Source of the DNA: Macrostomum lignano
Lineage: Eukaryota
Reading direction: 5' to 3'
NCBI GenBank assembly: GCA_002269645.1
Contig: NIVC01002659.1
Span: 19,960 to 83,959, forward strand
DNA: 64,000 nucleotides
In this document: positions 1 through 25,081 of the stretch, piece by piece
Layout: every line of letters starts with the position of its first letter
Position numbering within the stretch: the first letter of the stretch is position 1
Program-made: the position numbers and the translations under genes
Notes under the pieces: generated by a model
What the model saw: the letters and a program-made list of their open reading frames with translations, nothing else
Databases searched by the model: none
Told to the model about the DNA's origin: nothing

Positions 1-440
1 CCTCCCAGATCCTCAGTTGCTGGGCCAGCCTCCCAGATCCTCAGTTGCTGGGCCAGCCCTCCAGATCCAGTTGCTGGGCCAGCCTCCCGATCCTCATCGC
101 TGGGCCAGCCTCCCAGATGCCAGTCGCTGCCGCTGGGCCAGCCTCCCAGATCTCCAGTTACTGGGCCAGCCTCCCAGCTCCTCAGTTGCTGGGCTACCCT
201 CCCAGATCCTTAGTTGCTGGGCCAGCCTCCAGATCTCCAGTTACTGGGCTACCTCCCAGATCCTTAGTTGCTGGGCCAGCCTCCCAGATCTCCAGTTACT
301 GGGCTACCCTCCCAGATCCTTAGTTGCTGGGCCAGCCTCCCAGATCCTCAGTTAGTGGGCCAGCCTCCCAGATCTCAGTGCTGGGCCAACCTCCCAGATC
401 CCAGTCACTGGCCAGCCTCCCAGATCCTCAGTTGCTAGAC
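1..440. repeat. 27-29-bp minisatellite (GCTGGGCCAGCCTCCCAGATCCTCAGTT)
   Basis: Direct tandem units; the array runs off the window start. Confidence 0.95.
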
Positions 441-1244
441 CCAATCATTCATTCAGTTATCATTCAGAATCCATTTGATGTAAAATATGCTAGCAAGTAA
501 ATCAAATTTGAATTTATACGGGCCACATGCGTATGCACTTTTATACTGTATGTATTGCCAGTCTGCGACCTAATAAATCAATAGTCTTCCTTGCTCGTTC
601 TGCAGCCTTCTCAGCCAGCCAGACCCTCCGCGGCAGCCATTTCGCACTTACTCAGTCGCAGGAACGCCTTCTTTTCCTTAAGATATAATTTTCTTCCCTT
701 TTCCTCCTCGAGTTTAAATCCCCAAATCCAATGTAGCCGTTTGCAAGAGAGTTTTCTAGTTTTCCAAGGTGACTTTTCGCTGCTTTAACTCGAGCATAGA
801 TCCAAATCAACACAGTGCATCTACTTGATGCGGCATTTCCATATTGGACGACCTTGAAGCTGAAATTCTCAATTCTCTCTCTCTCTTATTTTTCTTTGAA
901 TAAATGCCCCTGAGACTCCGGCAAGCCATGCGAAAACTGTTTGAATTGCTAGAGAGAGAGAGAGAGCCACCAGCCATTCATGCTATGAAACAGTTCCCAT
1001 TGCCCTCCTAGCAACATCGGTCATCTGTCAGATGTCTGAACTGTCAACCAATATAAAGCAGACGCGGGATCAAGCGCTGTTTCAAAAGTCTGAATATCTT
1101 CTATTCTTAAGCTTAAACGCTGCAAAGCATTTTTTATATTAGGCGTCAACTAAAGCAAATTTGATTTGATTTTGACTAACTGGTCCATAGCTTTTTACCA
1201 ATACATGCGTAAGATCTCGTTTTTAAAACTCGGTCCTGGTTGAG

Positions 1245-2085
1245 CCCACCTCTCCACTCAATCACCCCTTGCCTCTCCACTCAGTCATCGCTTGCCTCTT
1301 CACTCAATCACTCCTTACCTCTCCACTCAGTCATCCCTTGCCTCTCCACTCAGTCATCGCTTGCCTCTCCACTCAGTCATCGCTTGCCTCTCCACTCAGT
1401 CAACTCTTGCCTCTCCACTCAGTCATCGCTTGCCTCTCCACTCAGTCATCCCTTGCCTCTCCACTCAGTCATCGCTTGCCTCTTCACTCAATCACTCCTT
1501 ACCTCTCCACTCAATCACCCCTTGCCTCTCCACTCAGTCATCGCTTGCCTCTTCACTCAATCACTCCTTACCTCTCCACTCAGTCATCCCTTGCCTCTCC
1601 ACTCAGTCATCGCTTGCCTCTTCACTCAATCACTCCTTACCTCTCCACTCAATCACCCTTGCCTCTCCACTCAGTCATCGCTTGCCTCTTCACTCAATCA
1701 CTCCTTACCTCTCCACTCAGTCATCCCTTGCCTCTCCACTCAGTCATCGCTTGCCTCTCCACTCAGTCATCGCTTGCCTCTCCACTCAGTCAACTCTTGC
1801 CTCTCCACTCAGTCATCGCTTGCCTCTCCACTCAGTCATCCTTGCCTCTCCACTCAGTCATCGCTTGCCTCTCACTCAATCACTCCTTACCTCTCCACTC
1901 AGTCATCCCTTGCTTCTCCACTCAGTCATCGCTTGCCTCTCCACTCAGTCATCGCTTGCCTCTCCACTCAGTCATCGCTTGCCTCTCCACTCAGTCATCC
2001 CTTGCTTCTCCACTCAGTCATCCCTTGCTTCTCCACTCAGTCATCCCTTGCCTCTCCACTCAGTCATCCCTTGCTTCTCCGCTTA
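1245..2085. repeat. 23-bp minisatellite (GCCTCTCCACTCAGTCATCGCTT and variants)
   Basis: Tandem units; open in all three plus frames only because the unit lacks stops. Confidence 0.95.
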
Positions 2086-2175
2086 CTCAGTCAGTGCTTA
2101 AATCTATATCTTCTCTACTTCTAGCTCGTAATTTTATGTGTACTTTAACAACTTCAATTTTTTTCACAAAAACAG

Positions 2176-15332
<13,157 letters not shown>

Positions 15333-15467
15333 GACAGCTATTGGTACACTCCAGTGCTATATTTATGACAATTACTTCACCCATATTAATGCTTGTCAAT
15401 TTTATAATTATTTAGTAAAATGCTTTTATAATTGTAGACTAGTACTCTCTGTATTTAATTAATTATT

Positions 15468-15473
15468 AATAAA
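15468..15473 (+). promoter_or_regulatory. Candidate polyadenylation signal of the ELKS/ERC gene
   Basis: AATAAA about 135 nt after the TAA, in AT-rich sequence, so it could be chance. Confidence 0.35.
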
Positions 15474-17532
15474 TTATATTAGGATTCCTGATAATTACTG
15501 CAATAGTTGTTTCATTACCTCCAGCATAATTTAGTATAGTGTTATTTTTTGCATTTGTTTGCAGAGCTGTTGTTACACTACGAGCTACCTAACAGGTTCG
15601 AATCTAATAGAATTCCTAAAGCCCATTTCATCTGTTATTTTTTACTATTCTAATTTTCATCCATTTTTAATTCACTACCCGTTGTACACTACTGCCTCGT
15701 TCAACAATAGAAGTAGTATAGTTTAGAAGCTCATTGCAGTTAGTAGGAATGTTAAATAAACATACGAGACCTTCTTGCACACGTCTCAAAATCAAAGATC
15801 AAGGCTGTTTGGCCATTGCTTAACCTGTGTTAACAATTTCAGCTTAAGTTTTATGCATTCACCGCTCACTGAAGGACGACTTTCTTTATAAACTGACTTT
15901 TTGTACTTTAAAACATTTTTTGTTATATTTGCACTTTAAGCATTCGCTGAATTTTATTTTGTAGAGCCTTTTACTCAGTTTTTGAATTTTATCTGTAATT
16001 ATCTCAGTATGAATCAAATGCTAGAAATTGATTATGAACTCATGTTGCACAGACATTCGGCATAATAATCTATGCAAATACTACTCACAATAGACGCTTT
16101 TGTTAGGCCACTTTTTTCTAGTCACTGCATTCTAGTTTGTCATTTTCCTCGAATATTGCGCCTAAAAAGCATCGAATCTGATATTAGCGTTGCTTTATAT
16201 TAGCTATAATTACTATTGCATTACTTTGTTACCAACTCGCCTCTCTGTAGCTTCGTGTGCAATCCAAATATACATTTCGATATGCTATTACTGTTTTTGG
16301 TTATTACAAAAACTGCTTTTTGTGTTTTATAGAAATAATATAATCTGTAAGCTGCAGTTTTGGCTTAATTGAATTCGCTAAATGCCGAATATTCATTCAC
16401 CGTGGTGCCACTCACATATACTAGTATAACAGATGCTATTAGATTAACTAGATAGGCCAATCAGCACATTTGCGTGCAAGCTACTTTCAGTTCAGTAGCA
16501 ACTTAAATTGAAGCATTTTAATGTATTTTTAAAGGCAAGGCTTATTTATGGACTCTTCCCGCCAAGCTTAAACCCTCAAACTCCACACAGAACCTCTACC
16601 CCTGCCCCGATACCCAATTTTTATTACCTTCCTCGGTTGTTCCAGCTTAAATCTGCCAGGTACATTTTAGTGGCTAATGTACATTATGGTTGAACCAATT
16701 AGCAAGTTGTTTGCGTTGGGCTTCTGAACTTATCAAAGTGATCTCAGCTGCCTTTATTCTTATAAAATAGCCTATCTATTCTTCATGGCTACTGAACCGA
16801 AAGTAGAAAGCTGTTTTGCTAAGTATTTATGCCGGAGTTGCCCATCTAGTTATTCTAGTATCTGGGGGGCGTCTTTGTCTAAAATTTGCACTTTTGACCA
16901 TACGAGCTGGTCGTAGCTGGTTCGTAAGTTTTCTCAGAAACTCCGGGTGGGATGTCTCGGCATTACCGGCATGTCATTCAGACTTCAACGTTATGACCCG
17001 GTTTGAAAGCCAAATTGGGAAGATTTGAAAGTACAAGCCACACCTGGTGTGAGTGCGTGCGATCGTACGATATGGTTTGAAGGAAGCTGAGAAGACTGAA
17101 TGATGGCTTGCTTTAACTTGAGAACAACCACAATTTTACAACTGCCTTTTTTCAAATGCTATAACAGGCATATGAGCAGCTTCAATGCAAGCTAATGAGA
17201 CTTTCCAACGGTTTCAACTGAAGTGGCGCGGGCCCACTCTCAAAGTGCGAAGTACTCACTCTACCTGTCCACCTGGTAGAGTCCCCACAACTCAAACCAA
17301 AAGCCGGCTGCAGTACTTAGAACGTCTCAGCTCCAGTTTTTATAGAAACCTAAGCCTCTTCAATTTGCATAATTGAGCATTATACCTTGGAGGAGAACAA
17401 GTGAGCGCTAGCAACAATTTCCACGGCCATTCTAGTTTTCTGGCATGGGTGCTTGCGCATCGCCTCATCTGTAGCAGTTGTCTTGGCAGATTCATTGAGC
17501 CTTCCAGAAGATTGTGCGGGTCTAACGGGTCT

Positions 17533-18515
17533 ATGAAATTTGCTTGCGGAAGTTTGCTTGCGGCACTTTTGCTTGCGGAAATTTGCTTGCAGGAATTTCG
17601 CCTGCCGAAGTTTGCTTGCCGAGCTTTGCTTGCAGGAAATTTGCTTGCTGCACATAAGCTTGCCGAAGTTTGCTTTCAGGAACTTTGCTTGCCGAACTTT
17701 GCTTGCGAGAAGTTTGCTTGCCGAAGTTTGCCAGCCAAAGTTTTCTCGCGGAACCTTAAAGAACCTATTTTTGAGATCTTGTGTATTTCTAATTTTCATT
17801 TTCTAAGATTCGTGGAAGTCGCCTATAGTGTTATGATTTTGTATGAGGATATGGCGGGTTTGAAAAGCCCTAACGCAGAAATGGAATAAATAAGTTTTTT
17901 TACTGGGAATATATTTTCAACAAAAAATTGCACACAATTTCAAACAATACACATATTGAATGATTTAGGCAGCGAACTGTACAGAATAGATTTTTTGCAA
18001 ATGAATGTGCCACCAATGTGTGAATTGCTTCATATCATGACTCGTAAGGATACGCTCGGATACCCAAAGTTCGGCAGGCAAATTTCATGCAAGCAAACTT
18101 CGGCAAGCAAAGTTCGGCAAGCAAAGTTCGGCAAGAAAAGTTCGGCAAGCAAAGTTCGGAAAGCAAACTTCGACAAGCAAAATTCCTGCAAGCAAAGTTC
18201 GGCAAGCAAAATTCCTGCAAGCAAACTTCGACAAGCAAAATTCCTGCAAGCAAAGTTCGGCAAGCAAAATTCCTGCAAGCAAACTTCGACAAGCAAAATT
18301 CCTGCAAGCAAACTTCGGCAAGCAAAGTTCGGCAAGCAAAGTTCGGCAAGCAAAGTTCGGAAAGCAAACTTCGACAAGCAAAATTCCTGCAAGCAAAGTT
18401 CGGCAAGCAAAAATTCCTGCAAGCAAACTTCGACAAGCAAAATTCCTGCAAGCAAACTTCGGCAAGCAAAATTTCTGCAAGCAAAGTTCGGCAAGCAAAC
18501 TTCCCGCAAGCAACC
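17533..18515. mobile_element. Foldback-like element: two inverted arrays of a 14-bp unit around a 330-bp core
   Basis: TTTGCTTGCCGAAG-type units at about 17535-17730 and their complements CTTCGGCAAGCAAA at about 18065-18512. Confidence 0.6.
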
Positions 18516-19161
18516 GTCGTACTCCCGGTCTAACATAAGCCAGAAATGAGTTTCCTTCACATCATGCTCAATACACCGTGGGCCAGCTCTGGGGAATCAG
18601 CCAAAACAATGGACTGCCTTCTTTGCGATAGGAAAAGCTCTTCCAGTTAAGTCACGAAAAACCAGTGGCCATGGTTACGCAAGTTTTAGCCATTAATTAT
18701 TAGCTAAAACGCAGTCACTGTCTCAATCCTGCCAGGCTAGCTTGGGAACTCTATTCACCTGTCCGTTTCTACGTCCCCCTGTTGCATGCTGCGCTGTACA
18801 GGTGTGCATGTAGCCGTTGAGAATACGGAGTTAGCTAGTGCAGCAAGAAAATTCAGCTAGAAATTGCTTCTGTTAGTCAGACATGAAATTCTGAAATAAT
18901 TAACAAATCAACTATTTAGTACCTGGCTATTCTCTGCATTAAATGCAAGAGAACCGGTGCTTACGTTTACGCTCGTAACCAAAAATATTTTACTAATTAG
19001 CTCCCCATCATCGGCAGCTGGTTGTCAGGCAGCCAATCAGCTTGTCGAAGTTTGTTCTTCTAGCGTTACTTAAATCAAATGGAAGTAAGATGCTACGATT
19101 ACTTTTGGAAATTCTTTAAGCATTCTTTGCTTGAAAATATTACTTAAACATTTCTCTACAA

Positions 19162-22100
19162 ATGAATACTTCTGTCGATGACGAACAAAAGCAGCATGTC
19201 AATCAGAAAGATAGAGAAGAGCAAAGTAGGATACGAAACACTCTGATGGCATTCGCTGGCAATACGTCTGCTCACGGAATTGGCAAGCTCATCTCACCGC
19301 TCTGGTATGTCCAAGCTCTGTGGCTGGTGCTCATTATCGGCGCTGTGAGCGGCCTCGCCTACCACATGAGCACCATGGTGAGTAAGTACATGGAAGAGCC
19401 GGTGTCCACCTCGGTCACTCTTCGCGGCGTCGACTTTGTCTATCCCGGAGTCACCGTGTGCAACAAGAAGTTCCTCTCCGTCAGCGCCATGGCTGAAAAG
19501 GTCAACAGCAACTCGAGTTCGGGGCCACCATTCAGCGTTGCCAATCAGGTTTGGCAGTGGAAAGACAGTGCAGCAAAGTTTTTCATGAATCTCGAGAGAT
19601 TGTCAAGTCTTACAGAAAATTTTGGCCTATCGTATCTTAATAATATAAGCGGAGGTATTTCGCTCACCTCATCAACGTACCTAATGCAGTACGAAGACAA
19701 CAAAGACAACCTGGGCCCGCTGCTGTTTCGCGACAGTGAAGGCATCGGGAGTTTCGCCCAGTACAGTCTGCACCCTGAGAAGCTGCTCATCCGCTGTCGG
19801 TTCGGTCCCTACGCCTGCGACATCTCCGACTTTTCCGTTGTACAAATGCACGACAATCCGTACTGCATCACACTCAATCTTACAAGCATTCAGAAAAAAA
19901 ACAATATATTGAAAAATGAAATCAACTCTTACCAACTGCAACTGTACTACTACACAGACTCAAGTCACTTCTTTGAAAATAACTTGATTCCGCAAATGAA
20001 AACTGCATCAGATTTCTTATTCCGCATGGACAGCAACGGCGGGGCTGATCTGTACATCCACCAGCCTGGTGCGTATCCTGGAACTGGAAAAAAGATTGAA
20101 ATTCCCAATGGCAACCAGGCTGCGGTCAGCGTCAACTACCAAGAATTCGAATTTGTCAACATCGCCAAGCGAGAGTGTCTCTCTTCTTATCCAGCGGACT
20201 TCATAAACTACTGGCAGCGAACAGTGCTGGGCAAGTTAATCAATTTTTTTAACTCGTTAAAAGTTAAAAAGTTAATTTAATTGCTCCAAAAAAATTAACT
20301 GTAACTAGTTAATTATTTAACTTTTGCCCAAAATTTAACTTCTGAAAAGTTAAAAGTTAAAGTTAATAATTCCCTAACGGAAAAAGTGACATTTTCCCGG
20401 ACATGTGTTCGGCGTGTTTTTTTTAATTTCAGGTCGGCGCGGCGCGGCTGTGGCCAGGTCGCGGCGCCCTGGGGAGCTTGTCGGGGAATACTCCCCTGGG
20501 AATTAGACCGGGGACCCCGGGGAGAAAAAAAGCATTTTTAACTAAATTTTTGCCATTTAAATAAGAAAATTATTCACAGAAAGCTGATTGAAACTCTGTC
20601 TATGCTTTTTTACCGCAAAACTGCTTATTTCAATGTATTATTTCAAACACAACACACGTTTGAATGGGGGGGGGTTCATAAGACCGAAATTCACAACGCC
20701 GAAACACCATACTTCACAAGACCGAAACTTCATAAGACCAAAATTTCACATCGTAGAAAACTTTACAATAAGGATTGTATTGCATGCAGAATTTTTGGCG
20801 TTGTGAAATTTCGGTCTTATGAAATTAGCGACCCGTTTGAATGTTTTTTTCACTATGAGTCTTTCAATCAAGCAAATTGAACGTACGAGCGTAGAAACCC
20901 ATCAGGAAAAAGAAGCCTTACTGACTATTGTGTTGGTCTGCGTTGACGGCTTGACACATTTGACGCAGGCACAGCGCCATATCCTGCGTCAGTCACTGAC
21001 GCATAGGGGGGTATCATACAATAACAAAATACTCCGTATTAGACAGGACAAAATGGTGATTTATTTGTATCTGCAAGAAGTTAAAATTTCGATTATAAAA
21101 ACAGTCTCATTCATTAATTATCCTCCCACGAGTGCAGCTGCTGAGTATGCATTTTCCGCCTCCGGAGTCTGGACCCTTTCTGATAAAGGTGCGCGCACGA
21201 TTTGGTGATGCCACGTTGTCAAATACAGTTTTAAACAAACATTGCCTTAAGTTTTTACCCTTGCGCCTTGAACATGTAGTCCATCCAAAGCTTTAATCAA
21301 AGTTTAAAAAATGCCACTTAGTGACTTATAAAGATCTAAGTTATCCGCCGTTTTTTACTTATTTTTTTCCCCGGGGTCCCCGGGGAATGACAGTAAATTC
21401 CCCGGGTCCCCGATAAGAAAATTCCCCGGGGAATCGACATCCCTATGTACAACGATAACTTCTAGTAGTGCTTGGGTAGAATATCAATAGATAATAGTTG
21501 AAGATTCCAGAATCTTCCGGAATATTCAATACATTATAACTTGTAACTGAAATATATACATGTAATAGTAGTTTGTGACGCGTTAAATAATGCTTAGAAA
21601 GGCGAAGTTATTTTATGTATGTATTAATTTTACTTTTTAATGGCATACAAGCTATTGAAACCCGCGGATTTTGAACCCGGGGAACTCCATTTCCCGGAAT
21701 TATTAACTTTTGTCATTTAACTTTAACTTCAGAAAAAAATTAACGATTTTTGTTAACTAGTTAATACATAAAAAATTTAACGAAAATTTAACGATTTTTT
21801 TAAAAATTTAACTAGTTAATTAACTAGTTAAACAATTAACTAGTTAACGCCCAGCACTGGCAGCGAACAGCCTCTGGGTCGGACCAAAGTGTTGCATATT
21901 CCTACACGAACACAGACTGCTTCTTCAATGAGCTGCAGAACTTGATCTACAAGCAGTGCGGCTGTCTGTCTGACGACTATCCAGTGCCTAACAGTTTAAA
22001 GGCCGGTGGAGTACCCTTATGTCTCAATATAACCCAGGCATACATTACACTGAATGAAAACTCCACACAGACTCTAAATGTGTCCTCTGGTGTTAGCTTT

Positions 22101-22685
22101 CTCTATCAGATGGTTACGGCTGCTGCCAGCGGAAGTATCAGCATGGATATCCAGAGGACCCTCTACTACATCATAAGCCAGTTTACCTGTCTTCGCGTCG
22201 CTGTTACAGCTTATCAAGTCAAAGCCGCCGCCCTGTGCACAGAGCGATGTCATACATCTCAGTATTCGACTCAGACAAGCCTCTACACCTGGCCAAGCAT
22301 GAACCCCAGCCTGCTAGCTGAAGATCTGCAGAAGTGGCTCGAGTCGAACGTCTACTACCGAAATAATGAGATCGTTCTTAACCAGACGTTTATACGTGAG
22401 GTTAATCGCGGAATCTACGACATCCTCACGCAGATAATCAATCGAGGTGCGAGTATCGGCACAAAAAACTTTCTCTCGATCAAGCTGGGCGCAGCCGACC
22501 AGTCGGGCAAGAGCACCGTCACTGAGGAGTCGCTTTCGTACGGGGCCTTCGATCTGCTCAGCGACATCGGCGGAATTCTCGGACTCTACCTTGGCGTCTC
22601 GGTGCTGACGTTGTGCGAGGTGCTGGAGCTGGCGCTGGGCCTGATTTTCTTCGAAGGTTCGAGAGTCAGGGGCCGGCGTCGCGTT

Positions 22686-22726
<41 letters not shown>

Positions 22727-22802
22727 AATGAAGCAATCACAGTCTGCCATAATAGTGGTGCAGGGAATAGAATCAAGTAAGGATGAAAACACTTTCAAAT
22801 GA
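19162..22802 (+). CDS. DEG/ENaC (amiloride-sensitive/ASIC-like) channel subunit, copy 1, interrupted by a transposon at 20222-21859
   Basis: Joining 19162-20221 to 21868-22802 gives a 664-aa ORF with the N-terminal HG motif (FAGNTSAHG), TM1, post-TM1 YPGVTVCN, Cys-rich thumb (CFFNELQNLIYKQCGC) and TM2 (LLSDIGGILGLYLGVSVLTLCE). No other introns are seen. Confidence 0.9.
20470..21445. mobile_element. Degenerate second TIR element with CCCCGGGG-rich ends nested in the hAT
   Basis: The right end ...CCCCGGGGAATCGACATCCCTA (about 21423-21444) looks like an hAT terminus. Inverted CCGGGGACCCCGGGGA(G)AAAAAAA motifs lie near 20508-20531 and 21361-21385. The left terminus is degenerate. Confidence 0.5.
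20666..20834. mobile_element. MITE nested inside the hAT element
   Basis: Inverted repeat TTCATAAGACCGAAAT(T)TCACAACGCC at 20675-20700 and 20797-20823, flanked by the direct repeat (C)GTTTGAAT at 20657-20665 and 20834-20842 (8-9 bp TSD). Confidence 0.7.
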
Positions 22803-23764
22803 TTTAATGAGATCCCTACATCAAGGCAGTGTATGTTTTACTAATCGATTTGAATGCAACTGGTTAAGAAACAACTGCGACAGAAAGTATGCAATTAAAA
22901 AGCTTTATTACTTTTTTCTACTGAGATTTTGATGTCCATCCCATTATGACGGAAAGTTTTGTGAATTCTTTAAATAAATATATGATTAATCTGCTACTCT
23001 CTGTATATAAAGTACTATATATATCCTAGCTACTGTTGCGATACAATACTGATAATTTTCATTATATCTCAATAAGTATTTTACCCTTAAACTAAACAAT
23101 GATGCAATATTATAAGTAGCTAGCATCTTGCTTCTCTACAATTGTGTATGTATTCTAATACCCTTTCAATGAGTTTTTGTTTAGCTAAAGGCACTACACA
23201 CTTCTGCACTACACTGCACTAAACTAAACTACATAACGCAAATATATACGTTTACTATCGTAAAAAAGGCCTATGGTAAAATAACAAAAACTTGAGATGC
23301 CATGCAATATTTTTTGTAAAGAAACGAACTTCACGTGTCATTTATGCAATGTCCAAGCTTAATATCCAAGGAAATGTATAGCAACGTACTCTTCCTGTTC
23401 CTTTTTAATTTTTTTCCACTGCAAATTACACAAGCTAATCATTCTGTTTTTTCATGTATCATCTTATTTACTTTTCGTCTTTTCAAAAATCTTTTGACCA
23501 CCGAATTCAATCATGTATACCACTCTCAGATACAAATAACTTCAGACACTGCTTCATTGGAGCAGTTCAATGATTTTTGTTAACAAAAGCCACACAGCTG
23601 TAATTTATTTTTTATGCAGAAAGTAAGTAATAAAAACAATGCATAAATTTTCAAACTACCCGAATGCATTGTCACTCTCGTACATGATAAATTTCCAAGA
23701 GTTAAGAGACAAAGCAGTTGAAAGCATTGTAACTTTGTCCGTTTGACTTCGTTAGTTCCCAGCG

Positions 23765-24126
23765 TCACTCTTCGTCTTTCTGCATGACGATTATAACGTC
23801 GTTAAGTTTCTCACTCTGATCGTTGACATAGACTAAGCCGACGCGGTGGCTTTCAACTTTGTTGGACACTCGAGTCTGCCGGATCAGGTGAGACAGCCTG
23901 TAGTGCACATTCAAGGCTTGCAGGTGGTCTTGACGACCGCTCGGCCCCACCGGAATGTTGCCTGAAGAGAAAGAGGTGGCTTTACGTTGCAGCTTGACAG
24001 GATATTGATAGGAAATCAAGCTGGCTAACTGAAAATAATCAATAATATTCGCATGAGGGTCGTCGGCATCATCACCCAATGGGCCCACAACCATCGCTAA
24101 AGCAGTTCTGTCCATTCCGCTGACTC
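23765..24126 (-). other. Orphan exon-like segment (possible terminal coding exon)
   Basis: Acceptor TGTGTTCAG| followed by about 120 open codons ending KDEE*. No motif recognised and not linked to any gene model. Confidence 0.3.
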
Positions 24127-24189
24127 CTGAACACATACAAGCGCGCGAATGCTGTATGCAGGCGCGCACTCATACGCATGCTTACACAG

Positions 24190-24400
24190 ACTAGGGTATA
24201 CAGGCGGCCATGGATTTCTAGTCTTCAGGCATGTACACTCTCTGTGCCCTGGGAGTTTGCCCTTATGAATGTGAGTCGCACGACGACTTTCCGGTCAATT
24301 TTAGAGCACAAAAGCCCAAAATGAATGTGGCCGCGCACGGAGTAGAACGAGGGGGCGTATCTTGAGAGTCAGACGCGTGTACCGCTACGTTGCTCCGCTC
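24190..24400 (-). mobile_element. SINE family A copy with head and core
   Basis: Reverse complement resembles the 42523 head (GCGGTACACGCGTCTGACTC...TTTTGGGCTTTTGTGC) and the core CCCAGGGCACAGAGAGTGTACATGCCTGAAGACTAGAAA. Confidence 0.65.
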
Positions 24401-25081
24401 CCAATCAAACAATCAAAGCTACTAAGGTAGAAATCAAGCGACCACGTCGTCTCCTTTCTTTGAGACCAATTTGTGTATTGTCAAAGTTTCGGGCAAAGTT
24501 TTGAAACTTCTAACGTTTGATACTACTAAGAGCGTCTTTACAGTGTGTTTACTAAAATTGGACAGTCAATCCAATCAATTCCGTACGAAATAAAATGCAC
24601 TAGATGTGTAGCTACATACGTTTATTACAACGCTTTTTGTATAAAGTATTGATTGTGAGCCAACTGGCTTCGCTGTCTGGACACTTGGCGTGGCAGCTCT
24701 TCAACTAAGCATGTAAGAAGCTTCAATGCAATATTGACCATGCAAATTGCTTGTATGAGCCAGCTGGACTATCGATTAGCACTTAATAGAGTAAAGTAGC
24801 CGTTAAGATGAATGCGAATTAAAGTTACTGGCATACACTTTCTTAATAAGTGTCTACTACAGAAAAAGTAGATCCATAGAAATGAGAGGCTTGCAAACAC
24901 AGAAATTGTCGCTATCAAGCGTCTGCGCAACTCGCTCACCAGAAGCTGAGAGACAAATAAGACTGCAAAAACAACTCAGAACGGGACTCAAACACTGTAT
25001 AATCCATTTTCCCGTTCGACGCTCAAAACGTTTCGAGATTCGACCACAAATTCTTTAGTCACTTAGCTCCATCAAGCCAGC

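Larger units (their letters stand above)
20222..21859. mobile_element. Non-autonomous hAT-type DNA transposon, 1638 bp
   Basis: Perfect 11-bp TIRs CAGTGCTGGGC (20222-20232) and GCCCAGCACTG (21849-21859); 8-bp TSD GCAGCGAA (20214-20221, 21860-21867); TTAAC/GTTAA-rich subterminal inverted arms. The paralog near 25978-25995 shows the empty site TGGCAGCGAACAGCCTCT. An 8-bp TSD with short CAG-starting TIRs is typical of hAT. Confidence 0.92.

Noticed and set aside
20224-20280. ORF 19162-20280 as a complete truncated channel ending VLGKLINFFNSLKVKKLI
   Set aside because: The last 18 codons are read-through into the transposon; homology resumes at 21868.
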